DNA of 64,000 bases from Sedimentisphaerales bacterium. GTDB taxonomy: Bacteria > Planctomycetota > Phycisphaerae > Sedimentisphaerales > Anaerobacaceae. The stretch's first letter is position 1. Each line of letters starts with the position of its first letter. The stretch spans positions 5,824,001-5,888,000 of the forward strand of contig OY970194.1 in NCBI GenBank assembly GCA_963708075.1, given 5' to 3'. The notes under the pieces were generated by a model. The model did not search any database. It was not told the origin of the DNA and saw only the letters and a list, made by a program, of their open reading frames with translations. Below, piece after piece: positions 48,957-58,470 of this stretch. The position numbers and the translations under genes are program-made.

Positions 48957-49880
48957 TTATGAAGGTTCGCTGAGGATGCTGCCGGTGGCTTCGATGAGCT
49001 CCGTCTGCTCCTGCCGGTCCAGCGATTGGCCTTCCTCCAGGGTGCGAATCATGTCTGCAATCCCCGGATCGCTCTCCAGTTGCGCGAGCTTCTCATCCTG
49101 CTCGACAGCAAGGCGGTTGAGCTCGCCAAGATCGAAATCCCACCCGAGGATCATGCTCAGCAGCGAGGCGGCCGCTCTGATGGATTGATAATCTTCGTAA
49201 TCGGACAGGTAGAACGGCACTTCCGCCCACAGGCCCACTCCGGGCAGATGCCGCTGGCCGGCGAGCCACAGCAGGTAGGTGCTCACATGCGGCGGGCCCT
49301 GCCAGTTCGCACCGGTCGGCACAAGCGGCTCCAACCTTCTCTGCGTGGCGGCATCGTTGAAGACCCCGAATATCCGGCGGGGGGCCGTATGGGCGGTCAA
49401 GGCGGCGATGCCGTTGACCGTGTACAGGGCCTCGGCTCGACTGGGCTCGCTCAGATCCGCCTTGCCGTAGTGCTCCGCCAGGTCAAGCACAGCGCTGAGG
49501 AACTCGTACCTGTTGGATTGCGGCTCATCGGCCCGAAGGATCACGACGGGATTTCGCTCGCTGTAGAAGAACTGGCTTTGCGGGAATCGGGCGATGTCGT
49601 CGGTCACGCTCACACCGCCCACGGGATAGAAGTCCACCGGCTCGATCTGGCAGAAATCGCTGCCGTTCGATGCCTTGATCAGATAATCCGCCGTCACCGG
49701 GCTGACGGCGCCGGTATCCTTTGTCCAACCGACCACGAAAGCGAGCTTTCCCAGCTGCGGCTTGGATGTGAAGCGAAACAGCTCCGCCCGCTGCAGGGAC
49801 GCAAAACCCTGCATCCGGGCTCCCGCCGCGGCCCAATCGACGTCAGGATTCATTGCCGGTTTCGCCTTTGAAGAGTTCAT
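48957..49880 (-). CDS. PAC2 (proteasome assembly chaperone) family protein, divergent copy
   Basis: VVGWTKDTG..TADYL, IEPVDFY..FPQSQF, HTAPRRI, GLWAEVPFYL. Confidence 0.72.
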   Translation of the reverse strand: MNSSKAKPAMNPDVDWAAAGARMQGFASLQRAELFRFTSKPQLGKLAFVVGWTKDTGAVSPVTADYLIKASNGSDFCQIEPVDFYPVGGVSVTDDIARFPQSQFFYSERNPVVILRADEPQSNRYEFLSAVLDLAEHYGKADLSEPSRAEALYTVNGIAALTAHTAPRRIFGVFNDAATQRRLEPLVPTGANWQGPPHVSTYLLWLAGQRHLPGVGLWAEVPFYLSDYEDYQSIRAAASLLSMILGWDFDLGELNRLAVEQDEKLAQLESDPGIADMIRTLEEGQSLDRQEQTELIEATGSILSEPS

Positions 49881-50805
49881 CGATATGCTCCAGTATCTCC
49901 CGCTTCTCGTGTTCCGTGATAGGCCCGATATCCGGCTGCTTGCCTTCCCTGAGCTTCTCCATCTCCGTTCTCACTTGTTCGGGCAACTCCTCGGCGGTGG
50001 CCAGGGCATCGAGAATCTGTTCGATATTCACCTCCACCTTGGCGGCCATCTCGTGCAACTCGCGCAGGTCCAGCCGCACCCCCAGGATGCTGCCGAGCAC
50101 CTCGAGTATGGAGATGGAGGCTTTGGGGTAAGGCCATGGCGCCGCCTGCAGGTAGTAGGGCACCTCTCCCATCAGGCAGACCGCCTCAATCCCTCTGTTT
50201 TTGGCCACGCCCGGCAGGATGCCGTTCAGGCCGGAGATGAGTCCGTCGCCATCCGTGCCGCCAACCTCGGACATCAGGATCGTGTTGCCGTACTTGCGGA
50301 CTTCAGGGATCAGGGCCGGGGTGTTCGGCACCGCCCACACTCTCGGCCTGGCCGTGTGATGAATCGTCGTTACACTCGCCGCCGTTGTATAGATTCTCCG
50401 GCAGCCCAACTGCTCGGCCACGTCGAGAACCTCGCTTGCCATTTCATAGGCTTTGTACTCATCCGCCGGCTGTTGCTCGCCCACCAACAGCAGCAGGTCT
50501 TTATCCGCAAGCCGATGACTGTAGAACTTCGTCGAGGGAAACCGCATTTCTTTAATCAGCCCGTTCTTGACGATGGCCCTGGACGGCTCGAAGTACTCAT
50601 AGGGCTCGATTTCTCCGAACGGCCGTGCTCGCACGAGCCGCCGCAGCGTGCTGACGGCGGTCAGCCCGACGTTGCCGATCCCCGCCCAGCCGCACAGCAT
50701 CACGGGACTCTGCTCCGCAGAGCCGGAGCTTTGTCCTGGCCGGGCATACGGGCGGGTTTCAAACCCGCCCCTACCGTCATGTTCCCCGTAAAGCTTCGCG
50801 CTCAT
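49843..50805 (-). CDS. PAC2 family protein
   Basis: CGWAGIGNVG, GEQQP, ISGLNGILPGVA, CLMGEVPYY, YPKAS. Confidence 0.85.
   Translation of the reverse strand: MSAKLYGEHDGRGGFETRPYARPGQSSGSAEQSPVMLCGWAGIGNVGLTAVSTLRRLVRARPFGEIEPYEYFEPSRAIVKNGLIKEMRFPSTKFYSHRLADKDLLLLVGEQQPADEYKAYEMASEVLDVAEQLGCRRIYTTAASVTTIHHTARPRVWAVPNTPALIPEVRKYGNTILMSEVGGTDGDGLISGLNGILPGVAKNRGIEAVCLMGEVPYYLQAAPWPYPKASISILEVLGSILGVRLDLRELHEMAAKVEVNIEQILDALATAEELPEQVRTEMEKLREGKQPDIGPITEHEKREILEHIDELFKGETGNES
50750..50774. repeat. GTAG-class REP inside PAC2 coding sequence
   Basis: GGGCGGGTTTCAAACCCGCCCCTAC. Confidence 0.8.
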
Positions 50806-50899
50806 ACCTACTAGTACCAGCCGAGCGGCAGGCGAGTTCATAATTCCGCCGCTGGTGCAGATACGCTGTATCTTGTGTCTGTGCTCGTGCGGGGTTGAC

Positions 50900-50935
50900 G
50901 TGGACGCAGTGGACACAATGGACGATGTGGACTTC
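50900..50935. repeat. 4 x 9-bp tandem array
   Basis: gtggacgca gtggacaca atggacgat gtggacttc. Confidence 0.75.
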
Positions 50936-51001
50936 GCGCCGGTGCTGGGGTGGGTTGACTTTGTGGGATGATCCGGTGCGTGCGAATGCGAGAATCGGGA
51001 T

Positions 51002-51026
51002 GTAGGGGCGGGTTTGAAACCCGCCC
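51002..51026. repeat. GTAG-class REP singlet
   Basis: GTAGGGGCGGGTTTGAAACCCGCCC. Confidence 0.8.
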
Positions 51027-51041
51027 CCATCACAGGTTGGC

Positions 51042-54000
51042 CTATTCTCTTAGCAGACGCTTGATCCAGGCGTCGACTTCGTTTCGCCTGGGCGAAATTC
51101 TCAGGATGCCTGTCTTATCGATGAGGTAGAGTGCGGGCGTGGCCTTGACGTCGTAGAGCGAGTACATCGCCCCATTTCCCACGGCCTTCTCACCAACGAG
51201 ATCGCGGACCACGTCGACGGGAGCGTCGATTGCGAATGGGAAGGTGATCCCGCGAGCGGCAACGAAAGCGTGCAGATCGTCTTCCGTGACCTTTCCCGCC
51301 CAGCTTATGTCCAGCCGCTGATGGATGGCGATCACCTGAAGCCCTTGCGAGCCGTATTCATTGAGCAGTGTCTGCATGCGCTCCAGTTCCATCGGGTCTT
51401 TCGGCAGCAGCACGCCGATCTGGAGCACGACCACTTTGCCTCGATACTGCTCCAGGGTCACGTTCTCCGCGTTGATCCACTTGTCCACGAACAGGCCCGG
51501 CGCGGGCTTGTCGAGCAACTCCCAGCCTTGGGGAAGCAGCTTGACGTCGAGATCGTTCCCATCGACCGTGGCTTGGACGCTCGTGTGGCCGTAGCCGTCG
51601 GCGTAGACACTACCCGAGATTCGTTTGCCGCGGGGCAAACCCTTCAGCAGGTACCGGCCCTTGAGGTCCGTCGTGTCTTCGAAGTACTGCATCCCGATGC
51701 TTGTGTGCACCGTCAAACCGACCATCGGCTCGTTGACCTCGTTGACGATCCGGCCGGACAGACTCCCGGTCCATTCCATCTGCCCGTCGGTGAAGCCATG
51801 AAGAGGCTGCAAGACCACGTCGCCCGCGTCAAGGGTATGGCCCGGCTCAAGCTCCGGCAACTCGGCAACGCCCTGAAAGCCGGGCTTTTCCACGAAGATC
51901 TTCATCGGTAGTCCTGCGGGCACGCCAACAAATTGGAAAGTGCCATCTTCCTCGACCTTGATTGTCCAAAGATTATTCCTCGCGCTCTGCGAGCGTCCCT
52001 GTCCCAATTCGATATCCAGTCTCGGTTCGACATCACGGATGCCGGCGCCTTTCATATTGACAATCCGCCCGACAATCGTCACCAGCGGCTCGGCCACAAC
52101 CTCCAGAGAATTCGGCTCGCCGGCCTTCAAGAAAAAGGCCCGCCCGAGTGTCGCTGTCTCGTCGAAGGCATAACCGATCACGACGTCCCAGGGCGGCGAC
52201 CGCCAGGGTTCCGGACAGGCGAACGCCCCATCCTTGTCCGTTGTGACAAGTTTTTCAGACTCGATCTTCACCGTGCCGCGCAAGGGTCTGAGGCTGCCGT
52301 CCACGAGCCGGCCGCGAATGAACGGCCGGGCGGCAATCTCCATCGACAGGTTGAGCTCTCTCACATTCTCAGGGACGATGATGTCCTTCCAGAACTGGGC
52401 CCATTTCCCGTCGCGCCAGTCCCGCACGCCGAGTTTGTACTGTCCGGGGGCCAGCCTGAGCACGCATTGACCCTGCTCATCGGTTCGCGAGGAGGCGAAG
52501 GTCGTATCCGCTGTCGCCGCGACCTGCTCATCCCGGACAGGCTCGCCGGTCTTTGCATCCACCACCGCTACAGTGACGGGAATCCCTTCTTCGAGGTGCA
52601 GCTCGACTGCCTGCGTAGCCGCTTCACTCTTGATTTCCAGGCCGGCGACGGAATGGCAGCACAGACCTTCTCCGGCAATGTCTTCGTACTCTACCGTCAC
52701 CGTGTATCGGCCCGGGGCCAGATCCGTCATCTCGAATCGGCCCTTGGCGTCGGTCAGGGTCGCGCTGCTGTATCCGGCCTCTTCCCGTGCAGTGACGGCC
52801 AGACCCGCCTTCTTATACGGCTGGTCGTGGAGAAGAACTTGTCCCCGCAGAGCCACCCCCGGCGTCAGCTCGACCCGGACATCCTGGCCGGGCCGCATCG
52901 GGTACATGTCGCCCTGGAAGTCCTCCCGGCTGGCATAGTGAATGTACCCATCCTTCGAGACCTGAAGGTGCAGCCGCGCGCCGGTCGGAATCTTTGGGAT
53001 CGCGAACTCGCCCGCCGCACTGCTACGCGCCGCATATCCATTCAATCGGCTCATGTCAAAGTAGGAGAACCGCGTCGGAATGCTCAGTTGCAGCTCGGCC
53101 TCTACAACAGCCCCCTCTATCGGCTCGCCGTTCGGGTCCACGACGGTCCCTGAGAACGCTGTCGGGTCCAGGAGCAAGACGTCGAGCTTCTTCGGGTCTA
53201 TCGTGCCGTTGTCGCTCCAAGAGGGATCGAACCAACCGATGGCGTACTTCGGGTGCTCGAAAATGAGCATCCGGTACTGGTCCTTTTGCGAATCGGCGAC
53301 GGGCAACGGCCCAAGCTCGAACCGGCCCTCACGATCCGTTCTGCCAGTCTGTTCCCAGGCCTTGAATTCAGTCGGCATGGACTTCCACACATTGAGCCAA
53401 CTCTGGACGGCCGCTCCTTCAATGGGCTCACCCGCCTGGTTGCGCACGGTCCCTGCATAAGTGATCGTCTCAACAGTCTGCCTGGCCGCGGGCGTGACAC
53501 GCGCATTCGGCTCGTGTTCCTTCTGAGCCGATGTCTCTTCCTTCGGCGGTGCGAGCCTCGCCTGAATCTCCATCACGGCGGCGGCGAATGGATTGTTCGG
53601 GTCATTGCCGCTGTAAGTGTCACGGAGACGTTGCAGCCTGTCGAGTGCGCGGGCATCGCCGATCTTTGCCAGGTAGTTGGCCGCGGCGATCTGACCACTC
53701 GGCGTGCCGTGCGCCAGCAGGTCCATCAAACCGTCCACATCCCGTGCGGCGAACATCCTTTCTGCCATCGCCGGCTCTGTTTCCACGGGCGCCGGCGGGC
53801 TGGGTTCGGAATGCGTGGGCACTTGTTCGTATTCAACAATGATCCGATCATCCTGCTCTCTGCCGGTTTGCCGTTTGGACAGAACACTGACTGCGAACAC
53901 AACGGCAATGATGATCACTGCCGCTGCCGCCAGAATTCCAACATGCCGCAGGACAATGAATCTCCGTGTTTCTGCGGGAGCGGCGAGTGTCACGACCTGG

Positions 54001-54221
54001 CGGAGAATATCGTCCCGCACGTCCTGTCCCCGCCGGCCGATAGCGTCGAAAGCCGAGGCAATCGCCTGCTCCTCCTTCGTCATGGACTCATGCAACCTGC
54101 GGCAGCCTTCGCACTTGGCCAAGTGTTCCCGCAACGCATCCACCTCGGGTTTTGGCAACTCGCCGAGCACCAGGGCGGCGATGGCCTCTTGACGGTTCGC
54201 ACATGCAGCTTCGAGGGTCAT
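51042..54221 (-). CDS. Large anti-sigma factor: zf-HC2, TM, HEAT-like, carboxypeptidase-regulatory-like repeats, redoxin-like C-terminus
   Basis: HLAKCEGC, one TM helix, repeated G.V.D..G.PI.GA.V..TD..G.F units, LEQYRGKVVVL..PALYLIDKTG; overlaps sigma gene. Confidence 0.82.
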   Translation of the reverse strand: MTLEAACANRQEAIAALVLGELPKPEVDALREHLAKCEGCRRLHESMTKEEQAIASAFDAIGRRGQDVRDDILRQVVTLAAPAETRRFIVLRHVGILAAAAVIIIAVVFAVSVLSKRQTGREQDDRIIVEYEQVPTHSEPSPPAPVETEPAMAERMFAARDVDGLMDLLAHGTPSGQIAAANYLAKIGDARALDRLQRLRDTYSGNDPNNPFAAAVMEIQARLAPPKEETSAQKEHEPNARVTPAARQTVETITYAGTVRNQAGEPIEGAAVQSWLNVWKSMPTEFKAWEQTGRTDREGRFELGPLPVADSQKDQYRMLIFEHPKYAIGWFDPSWSDNGTIDPKKLDVLLLDPTAFSGTVVDPNGEPIEGAVVEAELQLSIPTRFSYFDMSRLNGYAARSSAAGEFAIPKIPTGARLHLQVSKDGYIHYASREDFQGDMYPMRPGQDVRVELTPGVALRGQVLLHDQPYKKAGLAVTAREEAGYSSATLTDAKGRFEMTDLAPGRYTVTVEYEDIAGEGLCCHSVAGLEIKSEAATQAVELHLEEGIPVTVAVVDAKTGEPVRDEQVAATADTTFASSRTDEQGQCVLRLAPGQYKLGVRDWRDGKWAQFWKDIIVPENVRELNLSMEIAARPFIRGRLVDGSLRPLRGTVKIESEKLVTTDKDGAFACPEPWRSPPWDVVIGYAFDETATLGRAFFLKAGEPNSLEVVAEPLVTIVGRIVNMKGAGIRDVEPRLDIELGQGRSQSARNNLWTIKVEEDGTFQFVGVPAGLPMKIFVEKPGFQGVAELPELEPGHTLDAGDVVLQPLHGFTDGQMEWTGSLSGRIVNEVNEPMVGLTVHTSIGMQYFEDTTDLKGRYLLKGLPRGKRISGSVYADGYGHTSVQATVDGNDLDVKLLPQGWELLDKPAPGLFVDKWINAENVTLEQYRGKVVVLQIGVLLPKDPMELERMQTLLNEYGSQGLQVIAIHQRLDISWAGKVTEDDLHAFVAARGITFPFAIDAPVDVVRDLVGEKAVGNGAMYSLYDVKATPALYLIDKTGILRISPRRNEVDAWIKRLLRE

Positions 54222-54694
54222 GGTTCATCCTCCCGGAGTATCTCATGAAGTTGCAGCCGTGCCCGGGTCAGCCGGCTTCGCACGGCAGTCTCGCTGATGC
54301 CCAGGGCCTGGGCCACGCCGCGACAGTCTCGCCCATCGAGGTAGTAGAGAACGATTGGCTCGCGGTAGTTGTCGGGTAGTTGGGAAATCGCCTTATGAAT
54401 ACGCAGGACGCGCTTGTCCATCACGGGCCTCTCGGCGGGCATGTTCTGGACGGCTTGGCGTTCCGAGGCCCGACCCCGGTGAAAATCGATGCAGGCCCTG
54501 CGGGCGATCTGCAGCAGCCAGCCGCGCACACGCCCCGGGTCCTTCAGGGTGTGCAGCTTCGTGAATGCCTTGATGAACACGTCCTGCATGATATCCTCGC
54601 TGTCGTGGATATTGCGTGTGTTTGCCAGGCAGACGCCCCAGACGGCCGACGCGTACCGGCGCACCATGCTCTCGGGCGTCGGCGTCTCTGTCAT
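54218..54694 (-). CDS. ECF RNA polymerase sigma factor
   Basis: SEDIMQDVFIKA, GWLLQIARRACID, LPDNYREPIVLYY..VRSRLTRAR. Confidence 0.92.
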   Translation of the reverse strand: MTETPTPESMVRRYASAVWGVCLANTRNIHDSEDIMQDVFIKAFTKLHTLKDPGRVRGWLLQIARRACIDFHRGRASERQAVQNMPAERPVMDKRVLRIHKAISQLPDNYREPIVLYYLDGRDCRGVAQALGISETAVRSRLTRARLQLHEILREDEP

Positions 54695-54708
54695 GTCGCC
54701 CCCGGTAC

Positions 54709-54732
54709 GGGCGAATAATGATTCGCCCCTAC
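54709..54732. repeat. GTAG-class REP singlet immediately upstream of ECF sigma
   Basis: GGGCGAATAATGATTCGCCCCTAC. Confidence 0.75.
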
Positions 54733-54918
54733 GCTGGTTGTCCATGGGGCCGGAGACGCACGATTCCGCGTCTCGACCCGAATCTGCCTGGGCCATCGGA
54801 ATTCCCCTTTCTCCCCAACAGGACGGCAAAAACGCAAAATTGTGGCAGCGACCGGCGCATTTTTCCACCCAATTCCTCCGTCGTCGCCGAATTGACCTCC
54901 ATCGATGTCCTGCGGGCG

Positions 54919-54947
54919 TTGACCCTGTGCGGGGATTGGGGTAGGAT
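54919..54947 (+). promoter_or_regulatory. Possible sigma70-type promoter of the uxaC unit
   Basis: TTGACC-17 bp-TAGGAT. Confidence 0.4.
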
Positions 54948-55002
54948 GCAGACAGGTGTAGGTGTACAGGATGAACGAGTCTCAGTTCGAAGGGTAGACG
55001 CC

Positions 55003-55251
55003 ATGTCATTGTATAAGATAGTCATGATCGTCGGCGTGATCGCGGTGGCGGTGGGGTGGATCGCCTATGCCATCTGGGACTACAAGATGCGGCAGGAGGA
55101 GAAGAAGCAGCCACCGAAACGCTCGGAGCGGCTCGAGAAAACCCACGGCGAACTCTCCGACTGGGCCAAGAAAATGGCTGAGTTCAAGAGTCCTGTCCCG
55201 CCCAAAAAGTTCCCCAAAGACAGCTCCACAGAGGACAAAGGAAAATCATGA
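55003..55251 (+). CDS. Small single-TM protein (82 aa)
   Basis: MSLYKIVMIVGVIAVAVGWIAYAIW plus Lys-rich tail; ATGA overlap with uxaC. Confidence 0.7.
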   Translation: MSLYKIVMIVGVIAVAVGWIAYAIWDYKMRQEEKKQPPKRSERLEKTHGELSDWAKKMAEFKSPVPPKKFPKDSSTEDKGKS

Positions 55252-56678
55252 CAGGACAATTCCTGACCGAGGACTTTCTACTCCACACGAAGACAGCGAG
55301 GATTCTCTACCACGAGCACGCGGCGAACATGCCGATCTTCGATTACCACTGCCACCTGCCGGCCCAGCAGATCGCGGCCGACCACCGCTTCGAGAACCTG
55401 ACCCAGGCCTGGCTATCTGGTGACCACTATCGATGGCGGGCGATGCGGACCAATGGGGTGCCGGAGCGGTATGTCACGGGCGAGGCGAGCGACTGGGAGA
55501 AATTCGAGAAGTGGGCACAGACTGTCCCTGCTTGCCTGGGCAATCCGCTGTACCACTGGACCCATCTGGAGCTGCGCCGGCCGTTCGGGATCACCGGCAA
55601 GTTGCTCGGGCCCAATACAGCCAAAGAGATCTATGAGACGTGCAGCGAGATGCTTCGCTCGCCGCAGTTCAGCGTTCGCAATATCATGCGGACGATGAAC
55701 GTCAGGCTGGTCTGCACGACGGAAGGACCGCTCGATACTCTGGAGCATCATCGCAAGATTCGGCAGGACGGCTTTGAAGTGAAAGTCCATACCGCATGGC
55801 GGCCGGACCCGGCAATGGCCGTGGAGACGCAAGATGCCGCGTCCCTCCAGAGGGTCAATGCGTTCATCGACAAGCTGAGCGAGCTGTGCAATAAGGAGAT
55901 CGGCAACTTTGACGACTACATCGAGGCCCTGCGCCAGCGGCACGGCTACTTCCACGAGCACGGCTGCCGGCTCTCCGACCACGGGCTGGAGACCGCCTTC
56001 GCGGAGGACTACACGGCCGGCGAGATCAAGCTGATCTTCTCCAAGATCCGAGCCGGCAAGCCGCTGAACACGCGCGAGGCCCTGCAATTCAAATCCGCAA
56101 TGATGGTCGAATTCGGCCTGATGGACGCCGAACGCGGCTGGGTGCAGCAACTCCACATGGGCGCCCTGCGGAACAACTCGACGCGCCTCTTCCGCAAGCT
56201 CGGCCCGGACATCGGCTGCGACTCCATCGGCGACTTCGAAATCGCCCGGCCCCTGTCGAAGTTCCTCGACCACCTCGACTTCCAGGGCAAGCTCCCCAAG
56301 ACAATCCTCTACAACCTCAACCCGCGGGACAACGCGCTACTGGCCACGATGGTCGGCAACTTTCAGGACGGCTCCGTCCCCGGCAAGCTCCAATACGGCT
56401 CCGGCTGGTGGTTCCTCGACCAAAAGGACGGCATGGAAGACCAGATGCGCACGCTGGCCAACATGGGCCTGCTCAGCCGATTCGTGGGCATGCTCACCGA
56501 CTCGCGCAGCTTCCTGTCCTACCCGCGCCACGAGTACTTCCGCCGGGTCCTGTGCAACATGCTCGGCAGCGACGTCGAGGCCGGCTTGCTGCCCAACGAC
56601 ATGGTCCTGCTCGGTAAGATGGTCGAAGACATCAGTTTCAACAACGCCCGGGCCTACTTCCCCATGGAATGCGACTGA
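55248..56678 (+). CDS. uxaC: Glucuronate isomerase
   Basis: DYHCHL, GDHYRWRAMR, GNPLYHWTHLEL, GSGWWFLDQ, MLTDSRSFLSYPRHEYFRR. Confidence 0.97.
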   Translation: MTGQFLTEDFLLHTKTARILYHEHAANMPIFDYHCHLPAQQIAADHRFENLTQAWLSGDHYRWRAMRTNGVPERYVTGEASDWEKFEKWAQTVPACLGNPLYHWTHLELRRPFGITGKLLGPNTAKEIYETCSEMLRSPQFSVRNIMRTMNVRLVCTTEGPLDTLEHHRKIRQDGFEVKVHTAWRPDPAMAVETQDAASLQRVNAFIDKLSELCNKEIGNFDDYIEALRQRHGYFHEHGCRLSDHGLETAFAEDYTAGEIKLIFSKIRAGKPLNTREALQFKSAMMVEFGLMDAERGWVQQLHMGALRNNSTRLFRKLGPDIGCDSIGDFEIARPLSKFLDHLDFQGKLPKTILYNLNPRDNALLATMVGNFQDGSVPGKLQYGSGWWFLDQKDGMEDQMRTLANMGLLSRFVGMLTDSRSFLSYPRHEYFRRVLCNMLGSDVEAGLLPNDMVLLGKMVEDISFNNARAYFPMECD

Positions 56679-56702
56679 CGCGGATGAGGGCCCGTGGCAC
56701 GA

Positions 56703-56738
56703 AGTCCCTTTGGTCCCTCAGGTCCTTTCGGTCCCTTT
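56703..56738. repeat. 4 x 9-bp tandem array
   Basis: agtcccttt ggtccctca ggtcctttc ggtcccttt. Confidence 0.8.
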
Positions 56739-56754
56739 CACAAGGAGCCAGCAA

Positions 56755-58209
56755 ATGCGCAGACCAGGACATTTCGCTCATGCGGCGATCCTGTTCGCAT
56801 GGGTCGTCCTCAACGGTGGTTTCGCGGTTTCGTCCTCCGCGGCCGACAAGCCCTTCGATCTCCAGACGATCCTGGAGTTGAATGTCGGGACAACACTGGG
56901 ACAGTGCAGAGCCGTGCCGGTGGACTTGGGCGAAAAGCAGGGTATTCTCCTTGCCTACTGTGAGGACGCGGAGGTCGATCCCTACGTCGAGATGTTCTTC
57001 TTTCCCAGGCATTCGATGAAGCTCATGGTCTTCGGCCTCGATGGGACGCAGCTATGGAAGAAGGAACTCGGTCCCGGTGTCATCCCGGGCATCTGGTTCA
57101 CGCCGGTGTTCCCGTTCGACCTCGACGGCGACGGCGCCGATGAGATCTGGTACGTGAATAACGTGGACGACGAGCATCCCCTGAGCCTGCGGGGCCGACG
57201 GCTGGAACGCCTCGATGCAAAGACAGGCCAGTCCCTCGGCCAATGGCCCTGGCCCGAGGTAGATAGCAACCAGAGTCCCAGTCACACCTTCCGCAACTTC
57301 ATCCTCGGCGGTCAGGCCAAGGGTAAGCCGGTGCTCGTCACCGCCCAGGGCACCTACGGCCCGATGAAGCTTCAGGCCTGGAACCCCGACATGAGCCCGC
57401 GATGGCAGCACGAGATCAAGAAGGACACTCCCGGCGCTCGCGGCAGCCATATGTGCTCCGTCGTGGACCTCAACAACGACGGTGTTGACGAAGTCCTCTG
57501 GGGCGAGCGATGCATCGAGCTGGACAAGGGCAAAGAACTCTTCTGCGCCGATCGCGACAGCTACAACGCCCATTCCGACGTGGTCCAGCCAGTCCTCGAT
57601 CGCAAGACGAATCAATGGTTCATCTACACCTGCCGGGAGGGCGGCAGTGCTGCCCCGCGAGTCGCCCTCTTCGACGATACCGGCCGCCGGGCCTGGGGCG
57701 ACCTCAAGGAGGGACACATGGACATGGGCTGGATCGCCCGGCTCGGCGACCACGGCGAACCCGTCGCCATGGCCATCCGCATTGGCTCGAAGTCCGCGGG
57801 CACGAAAGGCTTCTTCCGCAAGGGCGTGGAGGAGTTCACCTACGACGCCTTCACCGGCCAACCCCACAAACTGGCCTTCAGTGTTTTTTGCACGCTGCCG
57901 GTCGATCTGAGCGGCGACGGCATCCACGAGCTGTACCGCGGCCTGGCCGAAGGCGACGGCGCTGTCCTCGACCACACAGGCAAGGTGATCGCAAACATCG
58001 GCGGCCACGCCGGGATGGCCTCGAAATTCATGCCCCACCCCGGCGAACAAATCCTGGCTTACCATCCCGACGGCAAAGTGCGCATCTGGTCCGACCGCAA
58101 CGCCGAGGACTCCGAACTCGCGAAGTCCCGCTACTCCCACCCCTTCTATCGAGCCAACCAAAAGCTCACCGCCACCGGGTACAACCTGATCAATCTCACC
58201 GGCCTGTAA
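56755..58209 (+). CDS. Secreted FG-GAP beta-propeller, rhamnogalacturonan lyase (PL11)-like
   Basis: DLDGDGADE, DLNNDGVDE, DLSGDGIHE loops; GTY, GSH, H.D motifs; AAGGAG RBS. Confidence 0.7.
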   Translation: MRRPGHFAHAAILFAWVVLNGGFAVSSSAADKPFDLQTILELNVGTTLGQCRAVPVDLGEKQGILLAYCEDAEVDPYVEMFFFPRHSMKLMVFGLDGTQLWKKELGPGVIPGIWFTPVFPFDLDGDGADEIWYVNNVDDEHPLSLRGRRLERLDAKTGQSLGQWPWPEVDSNQSPSHTFRNFILGGQAKGKPVLVTAQGTYGPMKLQAWNPDMSPRWQHEIKKDTPGARGSHMCSVVDLNNDGVDEVLWGERCIELDKGKELFCADRDSYNAHSDVVQPVLDRKTNQWFIYTCREGGSAAPRVALFDDTGRRAWGDLKEGHMDMGWIARLGDHGEPVAMAIRIGSKSAGTKGFFRKGVEEFTYDAFTGQPHKLAFSVFCTLPVDLSGDGIHELYRGLAEGDGAVLDHTGKVIANIGGHAGMASKFMPHPGEQILAYHPDGKVRIWSDRNAEDSELAKSRYSHPFYRANQKLTATGYNLINLTGL

Positions 58210-58325
58210 CCCCGCCACTTCCCACGTGGCGAGGGCATCTTGCCCTTGTTCCCTCGTGGCCAGGACGTACCGCCCTTATCTGCAACGGCCGGCAGTACTG
58301 CGACTATCCCAATCTCGTGGGCGTC

Positions 58326-58416
58326 GGGTGGCAGCGGCAAGCGGAGTCCTCGGAGCTTGCCGATGGTGTTCCACATATAGCGAGCCATCGGCAAGCTGCG
58401 CCTGCCGCTGCCACCC
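58326..58416. repeat. GGGTGGCAGC-class palindromic doublet
   Basis: GGGTGGCAGCGGCAAG..TTGCCGATGG..CCATCGGCAAG..TGCCGCTGCCACCC. Confidence 0.85.
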
Positions 58417-58470
58417 ATCCCACAACTTCAAGATGATCGCAGCAGTCTTTTCCGAATCCCCAAAACCAGG

